The notes below the pieces were generated by a model. That model ran no database searches and was not told the origin of the DNA. It worked only from the letters and a program-made list of their open reading frames with translations. A stretch of DNA of 64,000 nt from a virus. Lineage: Duplodnaviria > Heunggongvirae > Uroviricota > Caudoviricetes. Location of the stretch: the IMG/VR virus record IMGVR_UViG_2799113015_000003, positions 1-64,000 of that record. One strand, 5' to 3'. Below, piece after piece: positions 51,140 through 61,336 of the stretch. The first letter of the stretch is position 1. Each line of letters begins with the position of its first letter. Made by a program: the position numbers and the translations under genes.

Positions 51140-52909
51140 CTAACTAATGAGGTGGACACCGATGTTCTGGAGGATGTCCTTGATCTTCTTAGTTAGCCGA
51201 GCGAGACGTTCACCGACCGACATTGCGGCCTTGTTCTGCCCGATCTTCACCTGGACGCTGAGTGGCGTATTGGACGCGTTATCCCATGAAGGAATGATCT
51301 CCTCGACCTGGGAAACGAAAATTCGGTCACCGTATCCACGGCTAGTGGAACCGACACGGGAACCAATTGCGAAGTGTGCACCCGGAATAATCCACGAGTT
51401 ACCCCTCAATGACAGTGTATGCGAGGTCTCAGACTTCGACGCCAGGAAACCACCACGTAGAGCAGCCAGCGCAGACAGCGACCACGAGTTGTTCTCCGCA
51501 CCCTGCTGGTACAGCTCCCAAAGGTGCACCCACCCAAGGTTCTTCGCCCGGCCAGTGTTCTTCCACTCCAACCACGCGGCGATCGTGCCAACCAGGAATG
51601 GCATGATCACGTCAGCTGCGATGGTTCCCGCCGACGAGAATCCGCCAAGTAGGAAGTATCCCAGGATATTTCCGGTGGTTTCGATGATCAAACGTGCGAT
51701 GGCATCTGCTGCCGGGTTGTCACCACCAACCACCACAGACACTGCAGTGGCGGGGCTCCACGTGAGCTCGCTGGTCTCGACTGGAGACCAGCTCGAATCT
51801 CTGATGACCAACCACGGCATTTGCGCCAAGGTGGCAAGCCACCCACTCCCGTAGTACTCGTCAGGGTGGTAAGTCTCATCATCTGCGATGACTGACGCGG
51901 TGTCCTCAATGAAGCCACCGACATACTGCACCACCGAACGGACCATGCCATCTGCGATCGTTCCGCCGAGGAAGGTTCCGCCCAGGATTGGGTTGTAATA
52001 ACCGCTGTCGTCAACGATCTCGAAGATCAAAGCGCCATTCGCTGGTGTTTCAACGAACAGAATGCCGTTCTCAGTCTCGCCCTCATCGGAGAAGCAGCGC
52101 CTCCACCTGATGGTCAGCTGCGCATCCTCCAAGGCGTCCGCGATTACCGAATCGATCGGGTTCATGCGGGTACCGAGGACGGTCCACAGGGACGAATCAT
52201 CAAGCGGGAGTGGATTGGCCTTGATGTGACACTGCCAGTTTTCCCACTCGGTAGGCAATAGCCCTAGCCACTGACTCAAATCGAATGGATCATCTGGCAG
52301 GTGATAAATCGGTGCCTGTACTCGAATCAGGTTGATCAGGATCATGATCGAGCAGGCCCATTTCGCAGGGCCCAGGATGGGCAGCACCCTTGGCCACTGG
52401 AATACTGGGATGGGCAGGGCCGGATTCGGTGGGCCCAAAAGGAACTGGAGGAACTGCAGGTCGTCGTTAAACGTTAGTTCCATGTACGCCATGCCATCTC
52501 GCATCTTCTTGGCATGGTGATGGAGCAATCCCGTCCAACGGAGCTTGCCACCGAAGAAGTCGATACGGATGACAACGTTCTTGCGCGCGTGAGGATCATC
52601 AGGAATGGAGCGCATCCACTCCGAGATGTAGTGATCGAAACGCAGCTCAAGCACACCCTGAGTGGAGGTGTTCTTCTTGAACGGGAACGAGGCCTTGATA
52701 GTGTCGCGGTAATCGACACGTCCGTAGTACTCCAGGCCTGGCGATCCGTCTTCCTTGTTGCGCCAGAAGGAGATCACCGGCTTTGCCATGCGAAGCCACA
52801 TCAGCTCCTGGCGATATGCCTCGACAGACTCATTGATGCCCGAGATCTCCTCGAGCGTCCTTAGACTCATACAGCCCCCACCGGACGGCTCCAGGGGCGC
52901 GAGTACCAC
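51140..52909 (-). CDS. minor tail protein, 589 aa
   Basis: Second gene after the tape measure, the usual position of a tail-tip component. Confidence 0.55.
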   Translation of the reverse strand: MVLAPLEPSGGGCMSLRTLEEISGINESVEAYRQELMWLRMAKPVISFWRNKEDGSPGLEYYGRVDYRDTIKASFPFKKNTSTQGVLELRFDHYISEWMRSIPDDPHARKNVVIRIDFFGGKLRWTGLLHHHAKKMRDGMAYMELTFNDDLQFLQFLLGPPNPALPIPVFQWPRVLPILGPAKWACSIMILINLIRVQAPIYHLPDDPFDLSQWLGLLPTEWENWQCHIKANPLPLDDSSLWTVLGTRMNPIDSVIADALEDAQLTIRWRRCFSDEGETENGILFVETPANGALIFEIVDDSGYYNPILGGTFLGGTIADGMVRSVVQYVGGFIEDTASVIADDETYHPDEYYGSGWLATLAQMPWLVIRDSSWSPVETSELTWSPATAVSVVVGGDNPAADAIARLIIETTGNILGYFLLGGFSSAGTIAADVIMPFLVGTIAAWLEWKNTGRAKNLGWVHLWELYQQGAENNSWSLSALAALRGGFLASKSETSHTLSLRGNSWIIPGAHFAIGSRVGSTSRGYGDRIFVSQVEEIIPSWDNASNTPLSVQVKIGQNKAAMSVGERLARLTKKIKDILQNIGVHLIS

Positions 52910-53781
52910 TTGGGCACCTCAAGCTGGAGGCGATAGCCACCAACAGCGTCCTTTACCTGAACCGGGAGGCGGCTATAAGTCCCGCCAGCAATCGGGTACA
53001 GAAGATCCTTACCCTTCCAGAGTCCCTGAAGATGAATACGGTTGGCTGCCATTAGGGTTTGCACTCGCGGGTCTGAGTTCGCAACACAGCCAGCGCCCTT
53101 GGGCAGGTACGGGAGTTCGACGGTTCTACCCGAGTCCTGGATGCCTCGCCCATACTCTTCGTTGCCAAAGGAGAAGTCGGGCAGACGCCAGCGCGCCTGG
53201 TCGGTGAGAGTCCACTTTGGCCAGACGGGAACGTCACAGTCCACTTCAAGCTTGAAAGTGGTCCGGCCACTGGAAGTGTCGCCGTCCCACTCGTAGAAGT
53301 CCGAGGGTCCAACAAAGAACGGCAGCTCAGCAGCAACTGTCATCACGACAGTGCTGCAGGCATACAGCGCGGGGTCCTTGCCCTCCCAGGGACCGTCCTC
53401 GTATGCCCGAGGCTCTTCGAGAAGACGAACCCTCAAATCGCGATAACCGTCCGAGGTGGTGAAGCGAATGGTCGCTTCCTTCACGTAGTCAAACGCGAAG
53501 CGCCACTTGGAGTCGACCGTGCGCCAAACCTCAGGGTCTCCTCCGTCATCAAAGATGTTGACGGTGAATACGACGTCCCTTCGCTCCCATCGGAAGTCAA
53601 CAAACGTCTGTCCGTACGCTCCCGGAAGCCACATCGACTTGACCGGCGCATCGATCATCCCCTTGAGCTTGGGCATGAGCTCCACGCCCTGCTCACCCTT
53701 ACCGGGCCCGGAGATGCAGAAGTACTCTCCGTGCACGCCGAAGATCTCAATCTTCGCGGTGTAATCGATTGTGTCCATCAC
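52867..53781 (-). CDS. minor tail protein (distal-tail-protein position)
   Basis: First gene downstream of the tape measure. Confidence 0.5.
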   Translation of the reverse strand: MMDTIDYTAKIEIFGVHGEYFCISGPGKGEQGVELMPKLKGMIDAPVKSMWLPGAYGQTFVDFRWERRDVVFTVNIFDDGGDPEVWRTVDSKWRFAFDYVKEATIRFTTSDGYRDLRVRLLEEPRAYEDGPWEGKDPALYACSTVVMTVAAELPFFVGPSDFYEWDGDTSSGRTTFKLEVDCDVPVWPKWTLTDQARWRLPDFSFGNEEYGRGIQDSGRTVELPYLPKGAGCVANSDPRVQTLMAANRIHLQGLWKGKDLLYPIAGGTYSRLPVQVKDAVGGYRLQLEVPKWYSRPWSRPVGAV

Positions 53782-53826
53782 AAGTTTCCGTAGAATGGAA
53801 ATGAAATACGCAGCCGCCGTGCGTGT

Positions 53827-56800
53827 TTAGCCGTACTTGGAGATGTAAGGCATTGCCGCCTGTGCGTCCGAGGTCGCCTGAACCCTCTTGAATTCATCAA
53901 GGTTCGTGACGTGGTACTGACGGTTGTCGTTCACCAACTTCGGAACGCCGGTCTGCTGCGGCTGACGAGAAGGCAGCATTGGGATACCCGAGGCAGACTG
54001 AGTGGATCCACCAGTGGCGGTACCAACCAATAGCGACGACAGGATGTTCACGGCACCAGAGATGGCCTGGCCACCCATCTGGAAACCGGCCTGAATCCCC
54101 TGCCCTGCGGCACCACCAGCGCCAGGCGCGGCGGTGTTGATGCCCATGGAGGCAGCCATCGCTGCTAGGCCACCAATAGCCCCTGCAGCACCCTTAATCG
54201 CACCGGAGACACTGGGGTTGTTGTGCTCCTGGGAGGTAGGTGCAGCACCCAGGGTCGCGCGCATGTCTGGCTGATCGGTAGGAGATGCGCCAGGCTGTGC
54301 ACCTGGATCACCCGCCTGTGGACCGGCACCCATAGCGGCACCAGCTCCACCAACCTCAGTCAAAGCGTCATTGACCTGGGGAAGAGCGCCAGGGTCAGGA
54401 GCGGGAGCAGTCGCCCCGGGCCCCGGCGCACCTCCGGTCGAAGGGACCGCACCAGCTGCGCCAATAGATGGCACCTGAACAGTGGGAGCAGGCTGCTGCT
54501 CGGGCTGATCTAGGTCTAGCGGTCCAGGGGTCTGGCCACCAGCTCCAGGAGCAGGAGGAGGCGGAATGAAGAGCGGGAATCCACCGTCAGCGAATCCCTT
54601 GGCGACGTTGCGTGGAACCTTCTTGCTATTGAGCGCATCGAACAGCGCGGGCCCATAGAACTTGGTCGCGTCTCCGCTGGTGCGATACTCACCGGTCGAC
54701 AGCCATGCCAAGTCGTTGGCCCAGCCACCATCGGCAAAACCGACACCGCGCCCGATCTGGTTTGGCGATCCGTCCTTGTTAACGCCCCATCGCTTGATGG
54801 TGTAGTTGATGGCAGCGGCGATCTGGGATACCGGGTCGTTGATACTTCCCGACCCAATGTTTTCGACCTTGTAGGAGTCGAAAGTGGTTGGCAGGAAGTT
54901 AAATAGACCCTGGACGGTTTGCCTTCCGCCCTTGCCATCCGTGTCATTAGGATTGATCGAGAACGGATCACCCTTCGACTCAGTCCAGATCTGCTCCTCA
55001 AGGGGCTTCTGCCACAAGGAGGGATCCACGCCCATTGCCGCACAGATCTGTGCGATGAGCGCTCCATAGCGCGCGTGGATCTGCTCCTTCGTGGTCGACT
55101 GTCCGAGACCACTCGTAGGAGCCCCACCCTTGCCCGAGCTGTATGCACTCGGATCGAACGACATCCCATTGGCCGCTAGCTTCTGCTGCAACTGAGGGCT
55201 CAAGCCCGCGACACCGCTTGAGTAGTCGGACATAGCCTGGTCGGCCACATCAGCGCCAGAGTTGGATCCGTTGGATCCGTTGAGTGCGCCCATGAACTTG
55301 TCGAGCGGGTTGGAATTCTTCTTAGGCTCGTCGCTCAGGTAGTAGTTGCCGATCTGCTGGGCTGCCTGGACATATGACAAGTCAAGGCCGAAGATTCCGG
55401 CCAACGCCTGCAGACCGACCTGGCCGACCTGCTTTGCGATCGACACTGGCTGAATGTTGTCAGGCAGAGTCTTCAAGGCTGCCAAAAGGTTTGGCGTACC
55501 CGATCCACCGCCCTGCTGGTAGATATTCGGCAGCATCGATCGCCCACCAGGCAATGGAATAGACCAGCTCTGACGGGTGTGAACGTGGTCGGTATGTCCA
55601 CCCCAGTCGTCGCGGTAGTAGTCCTCAATCGACTGGTTAGCGCCACGATCACCTGGATCAACGCCGATCTTGGTTCCGTCACGCGGATCCATGAAGATGA
55701 CCTGCTCCATGCCGGGAACAGACTTCACGTACTCCGCGAAAGCACGAAGGTTCTCGGGAGGACCAGTCCAGTCGATGCCCTTGTTCAGGCCACTCTTTTC
55801 CTGGTGTCCCGGATAAGTGGATGCCTTCAGCCCGAAGGCTGAGCCGAGCTGGTTGACCCAGTCGGGGAACTTGACTCCCTGGCCGCCGAATCCTTCACTA
55901 TTGGATCCGACCGCAATGCCGTATGGCTCGCGGATATCAGGCACCCCGCCACCCAGTGCAATGTCCGCACCCGGGATGCTGAAATCAGCTCCAGGGCCTG
56001 GTGTTACAGGCGTATCGCCAAGATGAGGGGCTGGCTTACCGATCGAAGGTGCTGCACCACCAGGGTTTAGCGTCTGCTTCGGGCCAATCGGAGGAAGATC
56101 GGGCGCAGGAGCAGGACGTGGTGGAGGTGCAGGAAGCGGCGCAGGGACAGGCGCAGGCGCTGGAGCGGGTGCTGCTGGCTCGGGCATGAATCCAGGCGCG
56201 ACAGCGGGCATTGGCGCGATACCCCCACCACCGCCAATGGGGCCGATAGGGCTCGGCACCGGCATAGGAGGCTGCTGTGGGATATCGAACGGGAATCCGC
56301 CGCCGAAGTGGCGAGGAATCCTCTTGTTGTTCAGGTCGTCAAATAGCTTGACGCCGTAGTAACTAACGGCATCCGCATTGGTGATGTGCTCGTATGGCGA
56401 GACGCGAACCAGGTTCATGTCATCGCGCGGGCCACCGATTCCCCGAACGAGACCGCCGTCCTTGAACTTCTGGACATCTAGAAGCTGAGCAGTGGCATCA
56501 GCAGTCAGGTGAGTCTCGTACTGGCCGTCGCGAACCTTTGTGGTCGAACCGATCGTCTCATCAACGTTCGGATCACGGTCGGTAGTGATTACACCGTTAC
56601 CGTCCTGACCGATCGCAATGTGCGAGGAGTCATTCAGGCCACCGAAGGGCCCGAAGATCGCAGCACCACGGCCACCAGGCTTGAAGCGCCCCTGTCCGTT
56701 AGATGCCTCGTTGACCTGTCGCTTGTCCGCACCATGCTGGCCCAGCGAGCTCGGGATGTCGCTAAGACCGATCAGCGGGGCCGCGAGATCGATGGTCCCA

Positions 56801-59577
56801 GTGGACTTCAGTACCGAGGTGAAATCGTGCGGGATAGCTCCAGTGGCCTGTCCAGCAGAAATGCGAGGCGTGTTAACAGCGGCAGGCATCCATGGAAAGA
56901 TGTTGTGGCTCTGGAGAATATCGTTATATGCCTTGTCAACCTTCTCCTTGGCCTTCTGGTCACCACGCAGACCGGCCACGAAAGTGTCAAGGTCAATGCC
57001 GCGCTCGTTCCACAGGTCAGCGTCACCACGCCAGACCGCGCTCGAACCGATAATCGACTTCAGCTGCTCCTGGCCAGCGCCAAGGAGCTGACTGCGCTGT
57101 GCGTCGTTACCAGGGAGCATCGCCGCAAGAAGCTGTGCATCGCTCTGAACCAAGTTGGAGCGACGAGCATCCTCAAAGAGGTTCCTATCCCCCAGGCCGG
57201 GGATGGCGTACTTCTGGGCGCTCTTGGCGGTCTCGGTTACACCCTGCGCGTTGAGGTTGCCAGTGACGTCGTCAATAGCACCCTTCAGGCCATCGAGGGC
57301 AACCCTCTGCCTATCAGCGTCTTCGGCAGCCTTGCGGTGAGACTCTCCGAGCTTATCGATGGCAATGATCGCGCCGCCTACGGCAGCGGTGAGTGCCAGC
57401 GGTCCGAATAGGGCCCCGGCGAGCGCACCAACACGGGTGAGCATCGAAGCCCTACCGGCCCCACCGATCTTCTCCCCCGCACGCGTGGCAGCATCACCAA
57501 CATCGTTGATGCCCTTGCGGGCGTTGCCTGCCGCAGTAGTAGTCGCCGTGAGCTTGGGCTCAACCTCTTTAACCTTGCGACCGAAAGCGTCGTACCGGTT
57601 ACCTGCGCGGTCTACAGCTTCACCGAAGCGCAGGGCCTCCTCACGCGCCTGACGGCTCGAGAGACCAGGAAGCTCCTCGCCCTTGGCAACACGAAGGTTG
57701 CGCGCCGTAGCCTGAACGCCAGGGATGTTGCGAGTCCCCTCGAAACGTGCAGCGGCCTCAACAACCTTGTTGTAGTTCTTCCACGCCCCAGTGAGCCCCT
57801 CAAGAATGGGCTTGACCGTGCGGTACGTCAGATAGACCTTCAGCAGGGTGGAGAGCGCATGCGTGTGCTGCTCGATCCACCTCGCGGAGCTGATGAATAC
57901 GCCGAGGGCTCCAAGCATCGCTGCCGACCACTCGCGCGCAGCCTCTACCGCATCTCCGATTCCCCCCTTGACACGCTTCAACGCATCCCAGAGGCGATCA
58001 ATGAAGTCGCGAGCCTCACCGAAGTACTTCGCCAACATGTTCTGGCCGCGTGTGGACTTCAGGAAGTCGTCAAGCTTCTTCGTTCCATCGGCCAACGAGG
58101 AGATGAATCCGCCCTTATGACCGGAAGCCTTATCGAAGGCAGCGGCCACCGACGAGACGATCCCGCCGATGTTCAACAGCGAGTTGCCAAGATCACCGAT
58201 GGCCTTCAGGCCTGAGTCAATCCAGCGGTCGAGCGAACCGTCAGTGGAAACTCGCTTGGTGAACCGATCGAAGCGGTCGAAGACCGAAGAGAACGCATTA
58301 CCAATGCGTGGCAGGAAGTCTGAGGACTCCTTGGTCAACCGGGTGAAGCCACTGATCAGTGGGTCCATTCCCCGGGCCATGTTGCGCCAGAAGATGTCAG
58401 TGTTACCGAAGATCGCGGACATTAATCCCTGGTTGGCGTTGCCTCCAACGGAGGACAGCGCGCTCCTTAGGGCAGCGTTAATTCCGCTTGCGGTGCGGCG
58501 GATTCCGATGGACAGTCCTGGCAGGGCCTTCTGGCCTAGCTCCGTAATCGCTACATCGAGGCCCTCGCTAAGAGCGTCCTGAGAGCTCTGCTGAAGTTCA
58601 TGCCATGCACCCGATAGCCCATGGACCGCCTCGACGGTCTTGCGCATATTCGGCGACAGCTGGCCGAGCGCCTTGTCTACCTCTGAGATCTTCGAGGCGC
58701 TGAGAGCCTCTGTGTTCTTCGCAATCTGGTCGAGGGCATCAAGTACCCGATCCGCGCCTTCTACGCCCTGAGCGTTCGCGTCAGCGGCATCCTGCGCAGT
58801 CCTTTGCGCCTTGGTCTGAACCTCCTGCAGGTGATCCAGCGCCTGCAGGTACGAAAGCTGGTCACGCTTCAACTCAGTAAGCGAACGCTGACCACCCTCA
58901 CGGATACGGTCAGCAGCCTCCTGCACCGACAGAACGGCATCCGCCACATTTAGAGACGAACGACGATTCTCCGCGTTCAGGTCCTGAATCTCGCGGATAG
59001 TGTCGCGAACAGCCATGCGATACGAGCGATACGAGCTCTCCACATTGCGGTTCGCAGTGGCGATCTCACGCGCACGAGTCGTTGCGTCCTTGGAGTCTGC
59101 CGAGTAGGCCTTGAAAGCAGCTCCAACACCATTGAGTCCAACAGCAAGCGCGCCAACCGATGCCAGTGCACCGCCAAGTAGGCCAGGAAGAGCAAAGGCG
59201 CTCTTAGCCAACGCGTCTAGGCCCGACGTGGCGCTACCAGCCGCATACGCAAGAGCCGGTAGGGCGTCGAGCCCAATTACCTTGATATTTAGGCGAAGTG
59301 CCTTAGAAAGAGAGTTCCGCTTGAAGATGTGCTCAACCTGCGAAAGGTCGCGACGGAACGTCTGAAGATCTGCCCGGACGGGGATCGAAACCGCATTCAG
59401 TTCCTGGCGCTGACGCCAAGCCTGCACTTCTGCCTCGGCCTTGCCGAGCTGCGGGTCAAATTCGATCTTGATGTGATCGAACTTCATTGCGTTAAGGCGG
59501 CGATCCGCCTCAGTCTTGAACCCACGCAGAGTAGGGACAATGCGGATTGCGGCCTCACCCACTAGGGTGGCAGCCAT
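53827..59577 (-). CDS. tmp: tape measure protein, 1916 aa
   Basis: Longest ORF; lies between the chaperone pair and the minor tail genes; N-terminal coiled-coil, Pro-rich spacers and an internal lytic-transglycosylase-like segment (EQIWTESKGDPFSINPNDTDGKGGRQTVQGLFNFLPTTFDSY). Confidence 0.9.
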   Translation of the reverse strand: MAATLVGEAAIRIVPTLRGFKTEADRRLNAMKFDHIKIEFDPQLGKAEAEVQAWRQRQELNAVSIPVRADLQTFRRDLSQVEHIFKRNSLSKALRLNIKVIGLDALPALAYAAGSATSGLDALAKSAFALPGLLGGALASVGALAVGLNGVGAAFKAYSADSKDATTRAREIATANRNVESSYRSYRMAVRDTIREIQDLNAENRRSSLNVADAVLSVQEAADRIREGGQRSLTELKRDQLSYLQALDHLQEVQTKAQRTAQDAADANAQGVEGADRVLDALDQIAKNTEALSASKISEVDKALGQLSPNMRKTVEAVHGLSGAWHELQQSSQDALSEGLDVAITELGQKALPGLSIGIRRTASGINAALRSALSSVGGNANQGLMSAIFGNTDIFWRNMARGMDPLISGFTRLTKESSDFLPRIGNAFSSVFDRFDRFTKRVSTDGSLDRWIDSGLKAIGDLGNSLLNIGGIVSSVAAAFDKASGHKGGFISSLADGTKKLDDFLKSTRGQNMLAKYFGEARDFIDRLWDALKRVKGGIGDAVEAAREWSAAMLGALGVFISSARWIEQHTHALSTLLKVYLTYRTVKPILEGLTGAWKNYNKVVEAAARFEGTRNIPGVQATARNLRVAKGEELPGLSSRQAREEALRFGEAVDRAGNRYDAFGRKVKEVEPKLTATTTAAGNARKGINDVGDAATRAGEKIGGAGRASMLTRVGALAGALFGPLALTAAVGGAIIAIDKLGESHRKAAEDADRQRVALDGLKGAIDDVTGNLNAQGVTETAKSAQKYAIPGLGDRNLFEDARRSNLVQSDAQLLAAMLPGNDAQRSQLLGAGQEQLKSIIGSSAVWRGDADLWNERGIDLDTFVAGLRGDQKAKEKVDKAYNDILQSHNIFPWMPAAVNTPRISAGQATGAIPHDFTSVLKSTGTIDLAAPLIGLSDIPSSLGQHGADKRQVNEASNGQGRFKPGGRGAAIFGPFGGLNDSSHIAIGQDGNGVITTDRDPNVDETIGSTTKVRDGQYETHLTADATAQLLDVQKFKDGGLVRGIGGPRDDMNLVRVSPYEHITNADAVSYYGVKLFDDLNNKRIPRHFGGGFPFDIPQQPPMPVPSPIGPIGGGGGIAPMPAVAPGFMPEPAAPAPAPAPVPAPLPAPPPRPAPAPDLPPIGPKQTLNPGGAAPSIGKPAPHLGDTPVTPGPGADFSIPGADIALGGGVPDIREPYGIAVGSNSEGFGGQGVKFPDWVNQLGSAFGLKASTYPGHQEKSGLNKGIDWTGPPENLRAFAEYVKSVPGMEQVIFMDPRDGTKIGVDPGDRGANQSIEDYYRDDWGGHTDHVHTRQSWSIPLPGGRSMLPNIYQQGGGSGTPNLLAALKTLPDNIQPVSIAKQVGQVGLQALAGIFGLDLSYVQAAQQIGNYYLSDEPKKNSNPLDKFMGALNGSNGSNSGADVADQAMSDYSSGVAGLSPQLQQKLAANGMSFDPSAYSSGKGGAPTSGLGQSTTKEQIHARYGALIAQICAAMGVDPSLWQKPLEEQIWTESKGDPFSINPNDTDGKGGRQTVQGLFNFLPTTFDSYKVENIGSGSINDPVSQIAAAINYTIKRWGVNKDGSPNQIGRGVGFADGGWANDLAWLSTGEYRTSGDATKFYGPALFDALNSKKVPRNVAKGFADGGFPLFIPPPPAPGAGGQTPGPLDLDQPEQQPAPTVQVPSIGAAGAVPSTGGAPGPGATAPAPDPGALPQVNDALTEVGGAGAAMGAGPQAGDPGAQPGASPTDQPDMRATLGAAPTSQEHNNPSVSGAIKGAAGAIGGLAAMAASMGINTAAPGAGGAAGQGIQAGFQMGGQAISGAVNILSSLLVGTATGGSTQSASGIPMLPSRQPQQTGVPKLVNDNRQYHVTNLDEFKRVQATSDAQAAMPYISKYG

Positions 59578-59590
59578 TTAGTCTCCTGGA

Positions 59591-60055
59591 CTATTGACGC
59601 TGTGTCCGTTCGCGATTGCGCTGCTGCGCGCGCTCGACAGCGTTCTTGGTTTTGATCAACTTCCGCTGGAGACGCAATTCGAGGCCCGGAATGACAGGAC
59701 CCGGCAAGGACTTGCCGATCTGCACCTCAACGAGGCGCTTCAACCACGCGATATCTTCGGTGTGCCCGAAGATGCGTACCTTGTTGGGACCGTCATCGCT
59801 GTCCATACGAGACCCCATCCATTCGATAGTTTCCGGGTCGTTGAGAACAGCCTCATTGGTCAGAGTGCCCTGGATATTCATCAGGGTGTCAAAGAATCCG
59901 AGTAGCTCATCAATGGGCCGCTTGCGTCGCCATCGGCCATCGCCAACCGGCTCCCACTGGAAGTACTCGTATGCAGAGAAATGAAGAAGGTGCTGGCAAT
60001 CCCAGCAGATCGCTGACCAGTAGCGGTCAACGATCGTGATTAGTCTTTTAGGCCC
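59591..60055 (-). CDS. tail assembly chaperone, -1 frame extension (T part of a G-T fusion; made by frameshifting)
   Basis: The -1 frame relative to the upstream chaperone gene stays open from 60055 to 59591. Confidence 0.4.
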   Translation of the reverse strand, partial: GPKRLITIVDRYWSAICWDCQHLLHFSAYEYFQWEPVGDGRWRRKRPIDELLGFFDTLMNIQGTLTNEAVLNDPETIEWMGSRMDSDDGPNKVRIFGHTEDIAWLKRLVEVQIGKSLPGPVIPGLELRLQRKLIKTKNAVERAQQRNRERTQRQ

Positions 60056-60330
60056 TCATCACCCGGCGCTCCGAAGAAGTGGCGCAGGTAGAGGGTGTTG
60101 AAGTTCTCCCACACGTGCTTTGGCAGCGGGTCGAACAGCTCATGGACGGCGTCGTACAGATCACCAAACAAGGCGCGCTCACCGGCCTCAATCGTTGGGG
60201 CGGAACGCCACGCGTTCACCTGCGCCTGAGTTGGCTCAAGGAACTTTAGTCCCTGGAACTCCAGCGGAGGGATAGCATTTTCAGTCTGAAGCTTCTCCCA
60301 GACTGAATCGGTGTTCTTTGCAGTAGCCAC
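60040..60330 (-). CDS. tail assembly chaperone (G-like)
   Basis: 96-aa ORF between the major tail and tape measure genes. Confidence 0.5.
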   Translation of the reverse strand: MATAKNTDSVWEKLQTENAIPPLEFQGLKFLEPTQAQVNAWRSAPTIEAGERALFGDLYDAVHELFDPLPKHVWENFNTLYLRHFFGAPGDEGLKD

Positions 60331-60424
60331 TTGATCTGCTCCTATCGAAAGTGGTTGTTACAGAGGTAATCCCCAGCCCCGCAGCGCTGCCGCAGGGCCG
60401 GGGAAAGTCATTGAATTGCCAGGA

Positions 60425-61318
60425 TTAGCTGACGGTGATACTCACCGTCGAGGTCTTGCCCTGGTAGGTCGCGGTAATAGTTGCACTACCGGTTGCGACA
60501 CCAGTGACCTTGCCGTGCTTATCAACCGACGCCTTGGTAGGTGCCGAGCTGGTGTACTTGGCGATCGGGGTGTAGTTGATCCCGTTATCACCGGTCACGG
60601 TGATCTGCGAGTTGGCAGCCACGGCCACAGTCGCAGTCGAAGGAGTCGCAGTGATCGAAGCGATCGGAGCCACGAAGCCGGTCTTATCAACCAGGCGTAG
60701 CCAGCCAGGTCCGCACCAACCCTGAAGGACCGAGAAGCCCATTTCCTTGTCGCGGAAGGCCTGGAACGTCATCTTGTAGGTGACTGCTCCATCGTCCTTG
60801 CTGTCCTGGTTGTCGACCTTCACCAGCTTGGTACGCGGCATGATGTAGTAGGCGAAGAGGTCCTCACCGTTCACATCATCGCTGGCAACCAGGTAGGCGC
60901 GGTAGAAGATGTTGCGCGGCAGAGTGGGAGCCTTCAGGGTCACACCACCACCGGGCGAAACCTCGAGGTTGGTGCTATCGAAGACAGTTCCCCAGAACTT
61001 CTCCAGCACAACCTTCTTGGTCTCAAGGAACTCAGCCTCGAACTGAACGGTGCGCTTGGAGATGATGGTGCGCGCAGGCTCCGCGTCACCGTAGGACTCG
61101 ATGTCAGTCGAATCGATGTTGTGGGTGATCGAGACACCGGCCTTCTTCTCGATCATGCCTGCAGACTCGGCGGTCGCGGGCACGTCAAGGTCGCCGGTAA
61201 CTAGATCCTCGAGAGTCGCGACGGCGGGGTTATCCATGTCATCGAACAGGATCGCGAAGTGCATGTTCGCACGGATGAGATCGTTGTTCGCGTCGCGAAT
61301 GGTCTCAAAATCAGCCAT
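60425..61318 (-). CDS. major tail subunit with C-terminal Ig-like (Big_2) domain
   Basis: Position just upstream of the chaperones; C-terminus SVDKHGKVTGVATGSATITATYQGKTSTVSITVS is a Big_2-type Ig fold. Confidence 0.7.
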   Translation of the reverse strand: MADFETIRDANNDLIRANMHFAILFDDMDNPAVATLEDLVTGDLDVPATAESAGMIEKKAGVSITHNIDSTDIESYGDAEPARTIISKRTVQFEAEFLETKKVVLEKFWGTVFDSTNLEVSPGGGVTLKAPTLPRNIFYRAYLVASDDVNGEDLFAYYIMPRTKLVKVDNQDSKDDGAVTYKMTFQAFRDKEMGFSVLQGWCGPGWLRLVDKTGFVAPIASITATPSTATVAVAANSQITVTGDNGINYTPIAKYTSSAPTKASVDKHGKVTGVATGSATITATYQGKTSTVSITVS

Positions 61319-61336
61319 GAGCTAGAGATGTCCTTG

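Noticed and set aside
53827-59577. Long antisense ORFs opposite the tape measure gene (e.g. 56509..57411 at 300 aa, 57859..58215, 58169..58582)
   Set aside because: These are typical high-GC antisense open frames inside a long genuine gene. They have no independent start context and a composition bias (Arg/Ser/Pro-rich) typical of an out-of-frame translation.
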